Both the position numbers and the translations under genes were made by a program. A DNA stretch of 64,000 nt. Source: Macrostomum lignano. Its lineage: Eukaryota. The stretch covers positions 391,512-455,511 of the forward strand of contig NIVC01000587.1 in assembly GCA_002269645.1 (NCBI GenBank), written 5' to 3'. How positions within the stretch are numbered: position 1 is the stretch's first letter; each line of letters starts with the position of its first letter. Shown here one piece after another: positions 62,055 through 64,000 of the stretch. The notes beneath the pieces were generated by a model. It saw nothing but the letters and a program-made list of their open reading frames with translations. It did no database searches and was not told where the DNA came from.

Positions 62055-64000
62055 ATGCTCCAGGTTACACTTAGTGTGTTACTAGTAGCAACTTTACATT
62101 TCTCAGGCTGCAGCGCTTGCAACCTGACAGAGAAGATTCTTGACGATACGAAAGGCTTGGTGCATCGATGCCTAAACACCACCGCACCAACGAGTGGCAC
62201 TTCGGCGCTGCTTGTTGGCTGCGTTCGCTGGACAGAGACACTAATGATACCATTGAATTGGAGTTCAAAGAGAAGTATATTCACCCCAGCGGTCGGGACG
62301 TTGCCCAGTGCAGAAGAGGCAGGTACGACACAGTTCTTGTGTACCTTGCTTGCTTTGTTGCTGCGAATGACTCCAGCAATGAAAATGGCATTATTCGATG
62401 GCCCGGCGAAGTGTGGACTGGCAGTGATGGCTTCAAGTACACCTGTACAATGCCTCATCGGCTAACTCAAGAGACTTTGAGGAAGGTTCACGAGTAATTC
62501 TATATGGCTGCAACTCATCGATAACAGGTGAATTGATTGATCCAGAATCAACTGAACTAAGCCTGAATGGTCTTATTAGCAAGTGCACATTCAATGGTAG
62601 AAATCTAAAAAATCCTCGTTATTTATTGGAGGCTATTGGCTGTTGGCTGGAAAATCCTAAAAACTAGGCAGGTATGATCAGCTCAATTTCGGAGACGAGT
62701 ACTTCATATCCTTGCAAAGTATTCGGGAAAAGTTTGCTACCTGTCGACAGAGATACAGCGGAGAGGCTTTGGTGCATTACATGTGCATCGAAAATGGCAC
62801 CACTGGTGTTGTATTTCGCTCTGCTGGCAGCAATTGGACTGACAGTGACGGCATCCAGAGGGAGTGTCTGCCTGCCAAACCATCGGAGCTGCTCAGCGCT
62901 CGAGTCATTTTGCGAGCTTGCAATCATAATGGAAGTCGTTTTAACCCAGGGTCTGTGGCAAGAATGGAAGATGGAAGTGTTTGGCGATGCGCCTTTAATA
63001 GGTACAGGTCAGAGTACGGATGGTTTGAGGCTGTGGGATGCTGGCCGAAGGACCCCCAGTTTCAAAGCCTTATCAATTTCAGTGGAAATATGGATGTTGG
63101 AGATAAAATTTGTCTCAGTGATGGAACTTGCATAGCAAAATGTGAGAAACGGCGTTATCGCGAAGAAGTCGCTCTCCTCGAGATGGTCTGCTTTAAAAAT
63201 GTTGGCAAGGGCGCCAAATATAGACTACCGTACGAGAACTGGACTGACGACAGTGGATTCAATCGGACGTGCATTCCGATGGCGATCAGTCCTCTAAGTC
63301 GGCGTCGGGGCGGAAACTATCCTCCGGGGATGTAATACCAAGGTTGGTGACGACAATGTGGCTCCTGGAGCTTTGTATTTTGATAAAAATTTACTTGTTT
63401 ATGAATGCAGCTACAATAGCTACCGGAGAGAGTACAATTTTGAAGAACTTGCGGGATGCTGGATGCATGACTCTAGTGGACAACGCATCACAATAGCTAA
63501 TGGAGAAGCTTTTCAGCTTACGAGGAATCAGACTGTTGCAACTTGCCGAAAGAAAAGATACTCACGTCGCGTGGAGTTTACTGTCGAGGTGTGCTTTAAG
63601 GATAGCCAAGCATCATTGCTAAACTGGAGCAGTTCTCAAATTGCATTTCCAAAGAGAAATCAAAATCGGTTCTACGATTCAGAGTGCGATCCGGCTGCAA
63701 CTTATTCGATGGCGTCGACGCTAAGTGGATCGTATTCGCGCTGTCGCTGGAAACGGGTATTGTTTCACCTGGAACCAGAAAAACATTCGGAGGACGGAAT
63801 TGTCTGGGAGTGTGCACACAATGATAGGCAAGGAAGCGGTGCGGCTTATTCTTGGGTCAAAACCGGTGGGTTGCTGGTTCAGCGACCATCAGAATCAATC
63901 TATTGTTATAAGAAAATTCAGCTCTGTTTACAATCACTCTGGCACTGCGGCGGCTATTTGCGAGTATCGACGCTACAGTGAACCCAATCTCAAAATGCTT
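62055..64000 (+). pseudogene. Secreted Cys-rich tandem-repeat protein interrupted by single-base frameshifts (pseudogene or assembly indels); runs off the window
   Basis: Signal-peptide-like MLQVTLSVLLVATLHFSGCSA. Repeated module RVILxxCN...GxVWxC..N...GCW...AxC..xRY...CF...WTDxDG..xxC is recovered across successive frames. Confidence 0.75.

Noticed and set aside
59884-62458. Minus-strand ORFs 59884-60354 and 61979-62458
   Set aside because: They overlap better-supported plus-strand genes antisense and show no recognisable features.

Overview
This window is metazoan genomic DNA with spliceosomal introns, not prokaryotic DNA. GC-rich exons and minisatellite-filled introns suggest a free-living flatworm such as Macrostomum (inference only). 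Most of it (about 5.6-57.3 kb, minus strand) is one Patj/MPDZ (MUPP1)-family scaffold gene. I reconstructed it by hand as about 28 coding exons encoding an L27 domain and 10 PDZ domains, roughly 1,800 aa. It has one GC-AG intron, a 21-nt microexon, two candidate internal first exons, an apparent 1-nt frameshift and no in-frame ATG before the L27 domain. At the left edge is a minus-strand MATH-BTB (SPOP-like) gene whose first exon is a long Gln-rich 8-aa repeat. To the right are a tRNA-Ser(AGA), a 167-aa two-TM protein ending in a possible PDZ-binding motif, and a secreted Cys-rich repeat protein broken by single-base frameshifts. Nearly every large intron holds its own minisatellite, usually starting just after the 5' splice site; one array is built from about 20 copies of the splice donor itself. 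There are also two hAT/Charlie-like MITEs swollen by internal arrays, two other inverted-repeat elements and two tRNA-derived SINE families. Most long ORFs in the supplied track are artefacts of these repeats.
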